Shown: piece by piece, positions 22,301 to 31,500 of the stretch
Layout: each line of letters opens with the position of its first letter
Position numbering within the stretch: position 1 is the first letter of the stretch
Assembly (NCBI GenBank): GCA_048213135.1
Contig: PS015009.1
Location: 434,001-498,000 of the forward strand
Direction: 5' to 3'
DNA: 64,000 nucleotides
DNA from: Reclinomonas americana ATCC 50394
Lineage: Eukaryota
Translations under genes and position numbers: made by a program
The notes under the pieces: model-generated
What the model saw: the letters and a program-made list of their open reading frames with translations, nothing else
What the model was told of the DNA's origin: nothing
Databases searched by the model: none

Positions 22301-25046
22301 AGATCAGCGTTATGATATGCTGTATAAAATGATTGGCAGATGAGCGGATGCAAAACAGTACGTGCTGCGAAAGCAATTCATCTTTTGGTTTATTGAGCAG
22401 CTGCCCCGTAAGCGATATGATCGGCGGCAGGAAAACAATCGCCGTTACCGTCAGTGTCCAGAACCAGGAAACAGCAGAGATCAGCCAGCCATACAATAAC
22501 AATAACAAAAGCGCACCGGGTACCAGGCTGCGACGAAGGTTATCAAATATTTTCCATTGCCCTAAACGCGACAAGGGGTTACTTCTCAGTTTACCATCGG
22601 ATGAAGGAATGAAAGGGAAGGTCCATGCAGCGATCTGCCAGTCGCCCCGGATCCAGCGATGACGCCGTTGCATATCCGTGCTGTATTGTGATGGATATTC
22701 TTCATACAATTGAACATCCGTCAGTAATCCTGAACGAACATAATTGCCTTCCAGCAGATCGTGGCTCAATATCCTGTTATCCGGGAAACGGTTGCTCAAT
22801 ACCTGGTCAAATACTTTCAGATCGTAGATGCCTTTACCAATGAAAGAGCCTTCACGAAAAATATCCTGGTACACATCTGATATGGCCTTGGTATAAGGAT
22901 CAGTGCCCTGGTCATTCGAGTGGATACGTGCAAAAAGCGATGCATTGTTGTGCGGCAAAGTATTGGAAACCCGGGGTTGCAAAATGGTATATCCTTCGGT
23001 AACGATTCTTTTCTTCTGAGAATATACCGGTTGATTGAGCGGGTGTGCCATGGTGCCGATCATCTTCGAAGCCGTGTCACGCGGCAACTGTGTATCGGTA
23101 TCCAGGGTGATGATGTACCTGATGCCGGGATACACTTCATCGTCACCAACGATCAATGAAAAAGCGGAGCGGTTATTATGAATAAGCAACGCGTTCAGGT
23201 CTTCAAGTTTTCCTCTTTTCCTTTCATATCCCATCCATAATTTTTCACGTGCATTCCATTTTCTCGGGCGATGAAAAAGAAAGAAGATGTCATTTTTATC
23301 TCGGCCGTATTTCCTGTTCAATGCAATGATCTTTTCACCTGCCAGGTCGGTGAGCATTTCATCTTCCGGCTGATGTTCTTCCTTTGCATCTTTAAAATCG
23401 GTGAGTAACGCGAAATGAATATGCTCATCCCTGTTGGCGAGAAAGCGCACTTCCAGGTCTTCTACCAATTCTTCGATGGCGTTTACATCGGTGATCATGG
23501 TAGGTACCACCACCAGGGTTTTGCAGGAAGCAGGCACACCTTTGGAGAAATCCAGCTTAGGCAAAAGACAGGGCCTGGCCAGCAGTGCGGATATCCAGTT
23601 CACCAATGACAAAGCCAGTTGACTTATAGCAATTGCAGATAATAAGGTGACCCCGATAACGATCCATTTATTGACACCCTCGCCATATATTTCGTTAAAT
23701 GGTATCCAGGTGAGCAATAACGTAAGTACCAGTATGGCACCGGTATAACCTGCAAGCGGTATCTTATTAAAAAATTTGCGGCATTTTTCCCTGAATGACA
23801 AACGTACCTTCGCAAACTTTTCAATAACAGGCAATCCTTTATCTACCAGGTAATAACCGATATGCGCTGTTTTTTCCGCTGCGGTGCTGCCCGACGCCAG
23901 TTGCACCAGCTTATTGGCAATGGCCATTTCAGAAAGGTTACCTTTCTTGGCAATACGTTCGAGCGCATGACGATACTGGTCGCGGGTATAAAAATCCATG
24001 CGGGTGTACGTGTCATCTTTCCGCAATATTTTTTCAACCAGACTGGCTTCTTCCACAAATTCTCTCCAGTCGTGCGAACTCAGGAAACGCAGTCCGTTAA
24101 TACTGTTACTGATGGAGAGTTGATCCGCAGCCTGCATCTGGTTTTCCAGGTGTATCATTTCTGCCGTACTGAAACCCGATTCCGCAACACGCTGTTCGAT
24201 CCAGTTCAGCGGAAGCGCCATCGTTGTTCCTTTTTCCTGCAGCCTGCGGGTAAATTCCGCGATGAAGGAACTGTCCATAGGCGGGTTGGCCCTCGTCATA
24301 TCCGCAATGACCAGCACAAGGTTCTTGGGATCGGTTTCGATGGTGTGCATCATTTCATCGACCCAGTAATTCGCATGGTTCTTACTTTCAATATCAATCG
24401 CGATCTGTATGGCGATGCGTCTTAAATTCTCTATCAGCGCCAGCCGCAGCATGATGGGCACGGCCCACAATTCACCCAGCTGTAATGAGGTTACCGACTG
24501 GTACGAGTTGATGAAGCCGGTAAGGTTTCCAAGCGTTACGCGACCATCCGTATGTGAAATAATTTCCACAGCAATGGCATATACCCTGGGGTAACCTGCA
24601 TAATCGCCGTGAAGCAGTTGCGGAAGTCCTTTACTGTATCCTTTGGGTAAATGTTTTTTTGCCAGGTATATCTGTTCTTCAATCAGGTAAAAATTATCAA
24701 GAAGCCACTCTCCCGCCGGTATCACCCGGTTGTTTTGTTTAACCGATTGGGTCAGCATACCATGTACATCCATCAATATGTCTTCATTTTCAGCGAGTCG
24801 CTTCAACAGTTGTTCAGCTGTATTTTCCCTTACTTCGGTATGACTTTTCGCCAATGTAATGGCATAACGTTCCAATTGTTCTTCGGTAAATAATTCGGAA
24901 CGGAAGGGTGGCTTTTCGTTTGCATATTCCCGTATGCGGTTGTATCCAAAAAAAGGAATAAAAATATTCTTCTTAAGCGTTGCTATGGCCTGCGGAAGAA
25001 TTTCAAAGATGTCGCTCTGCTGCGTTTTTCTTCTGGAAAATTTCAT
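16362..25046 (-). CDS. Cyclic beta-1,2-glucan synthase (Cgs/NdvB-like; GT84 region plus C-terminal GH94-type phosphorylase)
   Basis: About 2,900 aa; MGYERKRGK, TLDTDT, SHDLLEG, RRHRWIRGDWQ, WLPPDNYQ, SGGAFGFRDQLQD, GDWNDG and ENGGQYTH motifs; start may be 25046 or 25094. Confidence 0.85.
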   Translation of the reverse strand: MKFSRRKTQQSDIFEILPQAIATLKKNIFIPFFGYNRIREYANEKPPFRSELFTEEQLERYAITLAKSHTEVRENTAEQLLKRLAENEDILMDVHGMLTQSVKQNNRVIPAGEWLLDNFYLIEEQIYLAKKHLPKGYSKGLPQLLHGDYAGYPRVYAIAVEIISHTDGRVTLGNLTGFINSYQSVTSLQLGELWAVPIMLRLALIENLRRIAIQIAIDIESKNHANYWVDEMMHTIETDPKNLVLVIADMTRANPPMDSSFIAEFTRRLQEKGTTMALPLNWIEQRVAESGFSTAEMIHLENQMQAADQLSISNSINGLRFLSSHDWREFVEEASLVEKILRKDDTYTRMDFYTRDQYRHALERIAKKGNLSEMAIANKLVQLASGSTAAEKTAHIGYYLVDKGLPVIEKFAKVRLSFREKCRKFFNKIPLAGYTGAILVLTLLLTWIPFNEIYGEGVNKWIVIGVTLLSAIAISQLALSLVNWISALLARPCLLPKLDFSKGVPASCKTLVVVPTMITDVNAIEELVEDLEVRFLANRDEHIHFALLTDFKDAKEEHQPEDEMLTDLAGEKIIALNRKYGRDKNDIFFLFHRPRKWNAREKLWMGYERKRGKLEDLNALLIHNNRSAFSLIVGDDEVYPGIRYIITLDTDTQLPRDTASKMIGTMAHPLNQPVYSQKKRIVTEGYTILQPRVSNTLPHNNASLFARIHSNDQGTDPYTKAISDVYQDIFREGSFIGKGIYDLKVFDQVLSNRFPDNRILSHDLLEGNYVRSGLLTDVQLYEEYPSQYSTDMQRRHRWIRGDWQIAAWTFPFIPSSDGKLRSNPLSRLGQWKIFDNLRRSLVPGALLLLLLYGWLISAVSWFWTLTVTAIVFLPPIISLTGQLLNKPKDELLSQHVLFCIRSSANHFIQHIITLICIPYEAYINTDAIVRTLWRVYISRRKLLQWNPFGSAKKNWHNSILGEYVKMWFPVVLSASLFIYLLSYNPVSFAIALPFLILWLASPYITRTISFPLTVRKSDLTVGQVAALYTTARKIWAFFETFVGDHDNWLPPDNYQENPVERIAHRTSPTNIGLSLLSNLAAYDFGYITAGKLLSRSNRTLTSLDKMGRFRGHLYNWYDTVTLEPLHPKYISTVDSGNFAGHLITLKQGVLSLRVDKVIPGRFFEGLLDTVRMAGEQVVHAGQQQLQSELEQVCRNKPVSFAATVAELSRLIAFISKMSVTAGWEKNTLSQLEEMRDECIAFLPWLNLPPLPEKYQGLLAGTELDIPTYEALETGNHRFLETLHEQLPAENDTAKRQLLGEYEKAVTASVERLRQFFTDADTVQLKCDEYCNIDYGFLYDRTQHLLAIGYNADEHRKDNSYYDLLASEARLAAFLGIAQGKIPQESWFALGRQLTNAGAMPILLSWSGSMFEYLMPLLIMPSYENTLLEQTYKAVVQKQIDYGKKRNVPWGISESGYNMVDASLNYQYRAFGVPGLGFKRGLGEDLVIAPYATLMSLMVAPEEAWQNMQRMKELGFEGQYGFYEAIDYTASRQPGRKTHTVIQSFMAHHQGMGFLSLAYLLLDQPMQKRFESDVQVKTTLLLLQERIPRVTTFYSPSAHIADAAGLISGAETPMRVISTPDTIIPEVQLLSNGNYNVMITNAGGGYSRWKQTAINRWREDSTCDNTGIFCFIRDADNDVVWSNAHQPVLGKGDSYEAVFSQGKAEFRRRDQGIETHTEIVVSPEDDIELRRVHLTNRSRKVRNIEVISYAEVVLTVPIADELHPAFNKLFIQTEILQQKNAILCSRRPRSVDEKPPFMFHLMKVSGAKVQEVSYETDRAKFIGRGRNLSNAQVLGKTGPLTGTEGAVLDPVVAIRYRITIEPGESAMVDMVYGIADTKDNCYNLVNKYQDHYMISRVIELSWTHSQVILRQINALESDAQLYAKLAGSIIFANDSLRADASVILKNHLSQSGLWGYSISGDLPIVLVLIEESDNIDLVKQMVQAHAYWRLKGLVVDLVIINDDHGGYRQALQNQILGFIAPGTSMDIKDQPGGIFIRSADQVSNEDRILFQTVAHIVISDSQGTLEEQVNRRSKTRLNIPLLSPTRTDEIVSNPVAIEEELHFFNGRGGFSADGKEYVIITSANETTPAPWSNVLANPTFGSIISESGQSYTWIENAHELRLTPWNNDPVCDLQGEAFYVRDEESGSFWSPAPLPCRSNLPYITRHGYGYSTFQHAENGIYSEMCVYTHLTESVKFISIRLRNDTRRTRKLSLTGYMEWVLGDLRAKSIMHVITEADTSTGALLARNRYNTALDNKVIFFDADDRNRSFTTDRAEFIGRNGLLSSPAAMKRVRLSGRTGAALDPCGVLQVQVELGEGEEREIVFRLGAGKNTDDALTLIRRFEGDEAAHKVLEEIKRYWERTLHTVRVETPDKAVDLLANGWLNYQTLSSRIWARSGFYQSGGAFGFRDQLQDMLSMLHTQPEQAREQVLLCASRQFRKGDVQHWWHPPMGRGVRTTCSDDYLWLPFVTLRYIEVTGDEAVLDEQVHYLEGRSLHSGEESYYDLPIRSDESGSLYEHCVKAIEHGLTFGEHGLPLMGSGDWNDGMDRVGHHGKGESIWLAFFLYDILVRFGELAQSRSDDAVAGKCKQQAALLNSNIQQHGWDGEWYKRAFFDDGTPLGSVENDECKIDSIAQSWSVLSASGDEKRMQQAMASAYKKLVRKEEKIIQLFDPPFDQSDLNPGYIKGYVPGVRENGGQYTHAAVWLTMAFAALGDKEKTWELLQLINPVNHGSTPEKMEVYKVEPYVIAADVYAQPLHKGRGGWTWYTGSAGWMYQLIMEWFIGLKRKGDRLEFRPCLPADWPSVTIHYRFGDSVYHIHYAQEGKQKQEVYLDGVIQQDMFIILKNDRQEHEVKLLF

Positions 25047-25343
25047 AATATATTCCTTTTCGGACTTGGTGATTGAATCTATGCCAATTATCATGCCGCC
25101 GGACTACATATATCTAATGTTCTGATTTAGTGCAGACTGGAAATTTCGCAGGGGTAAGCCTTACAGGCGGTGGTATGTTGCTGTTAAAGAGAATAGCTTC
25201 TGTGTGAAGTTAATGTATTTATTGTTCAACAATCGGTATATCCCGGTTTGTGAGTAATAAAGTCTACAGTTTCTCCAGGTCGGGCCCGGTACGTAAGTAA
25301 CAACTGCGATGGAACAGGATTTGATATAGTTTTTGTAAATATT

Positions 25344-25967
25344 GTGATTATGCTCAAGACCATTACCTCTACACGTATCGCCCTGCTTATAGCCGTTTTA
25401 TACCTTATATGTTTCCAGGTATTCCTGTTGCTCCCGCAGAACCTGTGGCTTTGTATCGGGAATGCATTGGTTTTCTCCGCGGTAACGGGGTATACCTTTT
25501 ATACAAGCCGGGTTCGTAATGGGAGGATGACTTTCCCTGCATTGATCAGTATGGGGATGCGTGTGACATTCAATGGTTCATTGATCGCTTTTGCCGGCGC
25601 AATTGTTTTGTCTTTATTGAATTTTTACATGTTTCCCGGCTTAAGTAATCGTTCATTCTTTTCATCAGCCCTTATTGCGAACAGTTCATTTTCAGGATGG
25701 AGAGAACTCATCACACTCCTGTTTGCAAATACATTACTGGTCAACCTGGTTTGCGGAAGCCTGGCTTCCTTCTTTACAGCCGGACTGATCAATGAAAAAA
25801 ATTATCACAGTAGCAGGGGGCCTCTTCCTTCTGTTGATTTATACCGTTCAGTACCACTCGCAAGGAAAAGCAGCGTAAGGAAAAATGCAGAACTTGAAGA
25901 ATATACGGAGGCTGAAACCGGCTGGCTGAATAAAAACCTGGTACTGGAAGCGGAAACGCTGAATTAA
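25344..25967 (+). CDS. Hypothetical multi-pass membrane protein
   Basis: About four hydrophobic segments; no motif recognised. Confidence 0.55.
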   Translation: MIMLKTITSTRIALLIAVLYLICFQVFLLLPQNLWLCIGNALVFSAVTGYTFYTSRVRNGRMTFPALISMGMRVTFNGSLIAFAGAIVLSLLNFYMFPGLSNRSFFSSALIANSSFSGWRELITLLFANTLLVNLVCGSLASFFTAGLINEKNYHSSRGPLPSVDLYRSVPLARKSSVRKNAELEEYTEAETGWLNKNLVLEAETLN

Positions 25968-26060
25968 GATTACCATTTTCATATACACACTACCCTGGTC
26001 CCGTTTTTAATACTACCCGTGAACGATCCTGGTTACGGCAACCCACACCCCATTTCTGTT

Positions 26061-27257
26061 ATGCAACTTTTATCAGGTTATCCTTTCTGGCTGATCAAGG
26101 ACGGGCTGCCTTTTGGATACCCGGCCCTTGAACATTCAGTCACCACAGATGTGGCAGTTATCGGCGGCGGAATTTCCGGCGCACTGATGGGCTATTACCT
26201 CGCCAAAGCCGGTATTCCTGCTGTTATTGCCGACAGGCATACCATTGGCCTGGGCAGCACCTGTGGCAGCACTTCGCTGCTCCAGTATGAGATCGACATT
26301 CCGCTTTCCCGTCTCTCGCAAAAGATCGGTAAGGAAAAAGCTTCGCGGGCATACCGGGTTTGCGCAGAAGCTATCGATCAGCTTAAAGACATTGGCAGGG
26401 ATATAGGGTTTGAACAGATTGAGGACAAAAAGAGTTTGTATTATGCCGCACAGCGCAGTCACAAAAATCTTATAAAGGAAGAGTATGTCGCCCGCAAGGA
26501 AATAGGGCTGGAAGTGGAGTTGCTTTCAGCACGTGAAATAAAAGACAGCTACGGCATTGTTGCACCTTCTGCCATCCTTTCGCACAAGGCTGCGCAGACA
26601 GACGCTTATGCCCTCACGCATGCCCTGCATCAATACGCGTTGCAAAAAGGTATACAGGTATATGACCGTACGCTGGTTGAAAAGATCGATCACCGCAGCA
26701 ATGACGTGGTATTGCACACAAACAGGGGTTACACCATTACCGCCCGGAAACTGGTATTTGCCACAGGTTACGAAACCACGCAATATATCGGCAAAAACAT
26801 GGTTTCTCTCAAAACAACTTATGCTGCGGTTTCGGAACAAATGTGCAGCGATACTTCATTCTGGAAAGACGAAGCCCTCATCTGGAATACGGGTTCGCCT
26901 TACCTGTACCTGCGTACCACACCCGACAGGCGCATCATTGCCGGCGGACGTGATGAGGATATCACCCGTGCGGATTATAACCATATACAGAAGATGACCG
27001 CCAAACTGGTAAAGGACATCAGCCAGGTATTACCCTCCATCAGTTTCCGGCCAGAATTCAGCTGGGCAGGCGTTTTTGCCAATACCGAAGATGGCCTGCC
27101 TTATATTGGCACTTATGAAAAAATGCCGCACAGTTATTTTGCCCTGGGGTTTGGCGGAAACGGCATCACGTTCAGTGCTGTTGCAGCGGAAATGATCATC
27201 GGTATGATAAAGGGAGTGCATGTAAACAACAGCGATATTTTTTCCTTTGACCGGTAA
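26061..27257 (+). CDS. FAD-dependent oxidoreductase (DAO/DadA family)
   Basis: VIGGGISG Rossmann motif; DGLPYIG; LGFGGNGIT. Confidence 0.85.
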   Translation: MQLLSGYPFWLIKDGLPFGYPALEHSVTTDVAVIGGGISGALMGYYLAKAGIPAVIADRHTIGLGSTCGSTSLLQYEIDIPLSRLSQKIGKEKASRAYRVCAEAIDQLKDIGRDIGFEQIEDKKSLYYAAQRSHKNLIKEEYVARKEIGLEVELLSAREIKDSYGIVAPSAILSHKAAQTDAYALTHALHQYALQKGIQVYDRTLVEKIDHRSNDVVLHTNRGYTITARKLVFATGYETTQYIGKNMVSLKTTYAAVSEQMCSDTSFWKDEALIWNTGSPYLYLRTTPDRRIIAGGRDEDITRADYNHIQKMTAKLVKDISQVLPSISFRPEFSWAGVFANTEDGLPYIGTYEKMPHSYFALGFGGNGITFSAVAAEMIIGMIKGVHVNNSDIFSFDR

Positions 27258-27264
27258 TAAAAAA

Positions 27265-27284
27265 GGAGCAGTATCAACTGCTCC
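27265..27284. terminator. Hairpin between convergent genes
   Basis: GGAGCAGT-atca-ACTGCTCC preceded by an A-run (a T-run on the minus strand). Confidence 0.6.
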
Positions 27285-27308
27285 ATGATTCATTAATGAT
27301 GCTACTGA

Positions 27309-27779
27309 TCATTCTTTACCGGCATCCCGGTAGGTTTTGATCAGGTCGTGGCTTCTTTTAAGATCTGCTTTCTGCGAAGCGATCAGTTGCCTTGTCTCCG
27401 TATCCATGTCCGCGTCTGTACCCAGCGCATCGGTGTAGGCACGCTGTGCCGCATCTTCGCCAAATTCGCAGGCCGACAATATCGCTTTCCTGTCGTTGCC
27501 GGAGAAAGTGACTTTCACATCCATCCATGCCCGGTACAGTTTGCCCATGACGGTGGTGCCGCCTTCGGTCTGCCCACCCAGCTCCTGTATGCGTTCTATC
27601 AGGTCTGCATTGTAAGAACGGCTGTCATCTGCCATCTGCCGGAAAATGGTACGCAGGTCAACATCCAGGTCTTTGCTTTCATCGGCTGCTTTTTCGTAAC
27701 CGGATACGCGATCGTTATTGATCTTCACAAGATCGTTCAGCACTTCGATGAGTTTTTCATCTGTTCCAACGGTATTCAT
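27309..27779 (-). CDS. PA2169/DUF2383 family four-helix-bundle (ferritin-like) protein
   Basis: LNDLVKINNDRVSGYEKA, LYRAWMDVK and CEFGEDAA motifs. Confidence 0.85.
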   Translation of the reverse strand: MNTVGTDEKLIEVLNDLVKINNDRVSGYEKAADESKDLDVDLRTIFRQMADDSRSYNADLIERIQELGGQTEGGTTVMGKLYRAWMDVKVTFSGNDRKAILSACEFGEDAAQRAYTDALGTDADMDTETRQLIASQKADLKRSHDLIKTYRDAGKE

Positions 27780-27830
27780 AATTGTACAATTTATAGGTAA
27801 ACAATAATAAAGACATTTCTCTTTTGCCGG

Positions 27831-28061
27831 TCACTGGTCATGCTGCAAAGTCTTTTCTCCATCCTTCACTTCTGTAGCCGCTGTCTTTTTTTGTTCTTCG
27901 GTTTTTGGATTGATGAGCTGCGGTTTCGACTGCCCGTGCGGGAAGCCGGGAAAATCCAGGTCGATCTTTGGATCGGGGTTATCGTATACTTCTTCCCTGT
28001 TACGGATCGGGGTTGTTGCCGTTTTGTTTAAGAAATACCGTTTTGTTCTTTTAGCCATCAT
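27831..28061 (-). CDS. Small hypothetical protein
   Basis: 76 aa, in operon-like spacing with its neighbours; DPKIDLDFPGFPH segment. Confidence 0.6.
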   Translation of the reverse strand: MMAKRTKRYFLNKTATTPIRNREEVYDNPDPKIDLDFPGFPHGQSKPQLINPKTEEQKKTAATEVKDGEKTLQHDQ

Positions 28062-28066
28062 ATGCG

Positions 28067-28243
28067 TCAGCCTTTTTTACCGCCAAAGATTTTAAACAAA
28101 ATAAAGCCTACCAGTGCCACGCCGCCGATAATGATCAGGAAGCCTGTCCATACCCCGGCTTTAAAAATATCGCCTACCAGTTCGCAGGAGCTCAGCAGGC
28201 AGGTGCACAGGATAAGAATGGGAATGATGATTCTGAGTTTCAT
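28067..28243 (-). CDS. Small membrane lipoprotein (58 aa), not in the ORF track
   Basis: Hand translation: MKLRIIIPILILCTCLLSSCELVGDIFKAGVWTGFLIIIGGVALVGFILFKIFGGKKG; lipobox LSSC then one TM helix; stop lies 5 nt before the next start. Confidence 0.7.
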   Translation of the reverse strand: MKLRIIIPILILCTCLLSSCELVGDIFKAGVWTGFLIIIGGVALVGFILFKIFGGKKG

Positions 28244-28570
28244 AATGAGTAGAGTTTAATGTGAAGAAGAACCTGTTCACACGCATTCATCCGCACCCTA
28301 AACAGTTATAAAAAACCATACCAGCAAAAAAACAAACGATGACAGCATTAAAACGGGGCATATTTTACCCGTGCTGCGTACAGGCGCTGCCCCGCTGGGG
28401 AGTGATGGTAATACTTGTTTGTTTTGGGGGATATGCTTAACCGGGGCACAGTTTGGTAGAATGAGGGAGGCGCCAGTGGGCGGTTAGGGTGGAACGCTTG
28501 CGCCAGAGAGAGGTCAAGCCCAACTTGCAGCAATACCAATGTTGTGTGTAGTGCTTATTTAGGTCTCAAA

Positions 28571-31500
28571 TTAAATAAGGGTCAGGTTTAAAGCAATTGC
28601 TCCTTTATAATTAAATCCGATTTTAAATGTTACTTTTTGTCCACGTTTTAACTGATCCCAATCTAAATTGTCATTATCAAACCTATAGAAGAAAAGGTCG
28701 TCAGAAATTCCGTCTCTTTTTACAAAACCATAACTCACTTCTACTTTTAAAATTGTACCTGTGAACAATTCAGGTTTCTTGTTTTTCTTTATAATTCCAT
28801 AAGGCATATTTTTTATGTCAGGAGAAAGATTAACAGTCGATAATAATTTAAAATTTTGCTTAGCCTCTGTTATTTCATTTGTCAAATATTGAGACCTTGC
28901 ATGCCAGAATTGTGCTTGAAATCTACTATCACCCTTCGTAAACGACCTTCGTAAATAATATTTTATGTCTTCATAAATTGGAGTTTCATTTTTTTCCAAT
29001 AGCATAGCATACTTAAAATTCAAATCCTTGTCGCCTGAATTTGTTACTAATGCTTCTTTGATAATTTTTAATGCTTTTTCTAACTCTCCTTCTCTATCAT
29101 AAAAATTTGCTAATCGAAGTGCAATAAAAGGGCTTGACTTATTTGCATTAAAAGCCTTTTCTAGTAACTCTCTAGCATTTTGAGTATCATTTATTATTTC
29201 ATTAAATGATGATTCGATTTCCAAAAGAAATTGGTCATTTAAAAAATATTGTTTTGCTGTTGCAAAAACTTTTTCAATGTCTTTTAAGCATCTCTCAATG
29301 GCTGGAGCATCCTCATACTGGAGTACTTTCTTTAATTTAAGAATATAAGCTTTTAAGCTCGTATGAAAAGGATGCGGATTTGAAATACCTTTCCTTATTA
29401 TTGAGTTACAGATTTCGATAGTCTCGTCAATATGAGAAAAAAACTCTGTATCAAGTCTTGCCTTTTCCGCCTTCTTTAATATCATTTCAGCAAATGTGTG
29501 TGAAATAAAAGGGTCTCCTGGCAATAATTCATAAGCACTTTTCAAATGCTTTTCGGCTGTAACAACACTGCCTCCATTGGCAGTCATTTCAAAAATAGCT
29601 TGTTGTTGATATAGTTTAGCGTCGCTCTTGCTTACGTCAGATGCAATTAGGTAAATTTTTCTAATCATTTGTGGGTCAGGAAACACATCGATTAACTTTT
29701 TTGCATTTACAATAGACATAAATGCAAGCCTGTCGCTTTCATAATCAATATTTAAATTGTTTAAAATTCTTACATACTCGTCAAAACAATCTTGAGGTGT
29801 GGTTAATACTTTTTCAAATATTATTTCAGCAATCATTCTATTTCTTGTTAAATAAACATAGTCATTTATTTTATTGTCTTTTTTATCGAAAACAATATAT
29901 TCAAGAGGTTTGAATAATTTTTCTTTAAACTCGTGAAAACTGATGTTATGAACCCTTGATATAAAACCTGCTCTAGCCTCGGCTCCAATTCTGTGAAAAA
30001 TACTTACAGTTAAATATAAAGATTGAGCTCTTGCGTCATTTATTGATTTGTATTCGTTAAAAATGATTTCTTCAAATGGCTTGCTGTTAGTTGCTTCATA
30101 AAGTGCTACTAATAGTTCCCGCCCTGCTTTTTCAGAAAATGCTTTTACTCTTTCTTCAATCGTTTTATTTTTAAGAGTGTATAAAGAATTGTGCCTTTCA
30201 AGCAAATTAAGTAGTTCTTTAATTTCAGAATCAGATAGATACTTTATATGGTAAGATTGAGATAGGTAATTTGCTAAATCTTGGCATTCAATATTCCAAA
30301 CATTTAAACGTTCCGCACCGATAATAGTTAATTTTATCTTGTCTTTTTTTGCTTTTTTTAGTAAATAGATAATTTCGTCTTCTAGTATTGAGATATTGTC
30401 AATAAACAAGTAAATACGTTCTTTTATGTAACTTGACAATTCAATGATTTGCTCGGGTAAAATTTTCATTCCTTCTTTCAAAACAATGCAAAACCTCTCT
30501 ACAGTTGTCGCTCCTTCATAGGCTAATCTTTTTAATAAAACACTTTTACCACTACCCGCATTACCTTTTAATAAATAAAAAAATTGGTCAGTAGAATTAT
30601 GCAGGTCATCGTCCATCAGGACTTCAAATATTATCCCATCTTTTATTTTTCTATCAACATCTAAGTTTTTAATAATTGGATCCCAATTGTTAAAGAAACC
30701 TTTGTAAAATTCTTTCGGGTCTGTATTTGGGGAACTTAAATTAGAATGAACATATTCAATGTTATTGGCAATAAAGCTTAAAAAATTTTCAGTTGGTTTT
30801 AAATTATCTATGGAAGTTTGAAACCAACTATAAATTGGGAGAGTTGTTTCTATTTTAAGTGAGGATAGCTTTCTTGAATTTAAATCAACTTTTTTGTCAA
30901 TCTCGTTTATAAAGTTTTCAAAAGACATTTTAATGGGAGTTATTTTTTTACCTTCCCAAAGTCTTTCTTCTCTTTCATTAATATTCGGCCCAACCATATA
31001 AGACCGAACTCTGTTCGTATTGTCTTTGTCTAATTTATTCAATATTGTTCTTATGTCTGGGTCAGCCATTCCAAATCCAACGAACAAGAAAGTGTAATCA
31101 TAAATTAACTCTTGTAGTTCTGTAAATAGTCTATCCCTTTTGCTACTGAAATTGGCAAATTGGTCTGGGGTTAGTATTAATGGAGCATCTGGGTCATTAA
31201 TATCGTTTAGACAGCCATGAATTTTATAATAGGGTAGAATATTTTCTTTATAAAAAATTTGTGTTTTGGGAGTATTTTTTGATACTGTCACCAATTCTTG
31301 AAAACTATTCTTGTTTTGATGATAAGCCTTTTCAATTATTAAATCATAGTTAGTGGTAAAAATTGCTTTCCATACAAATTGTGGTATTTTTAAATGATAG
31401 CTATTGGGTAAAAATTCTTTAAAGATGGAAGCTATAAATTGTTGTACTTCAAACAAAGAAGATTCAGAGATACATAGTTCAGAGATATAGGATAAATCAC

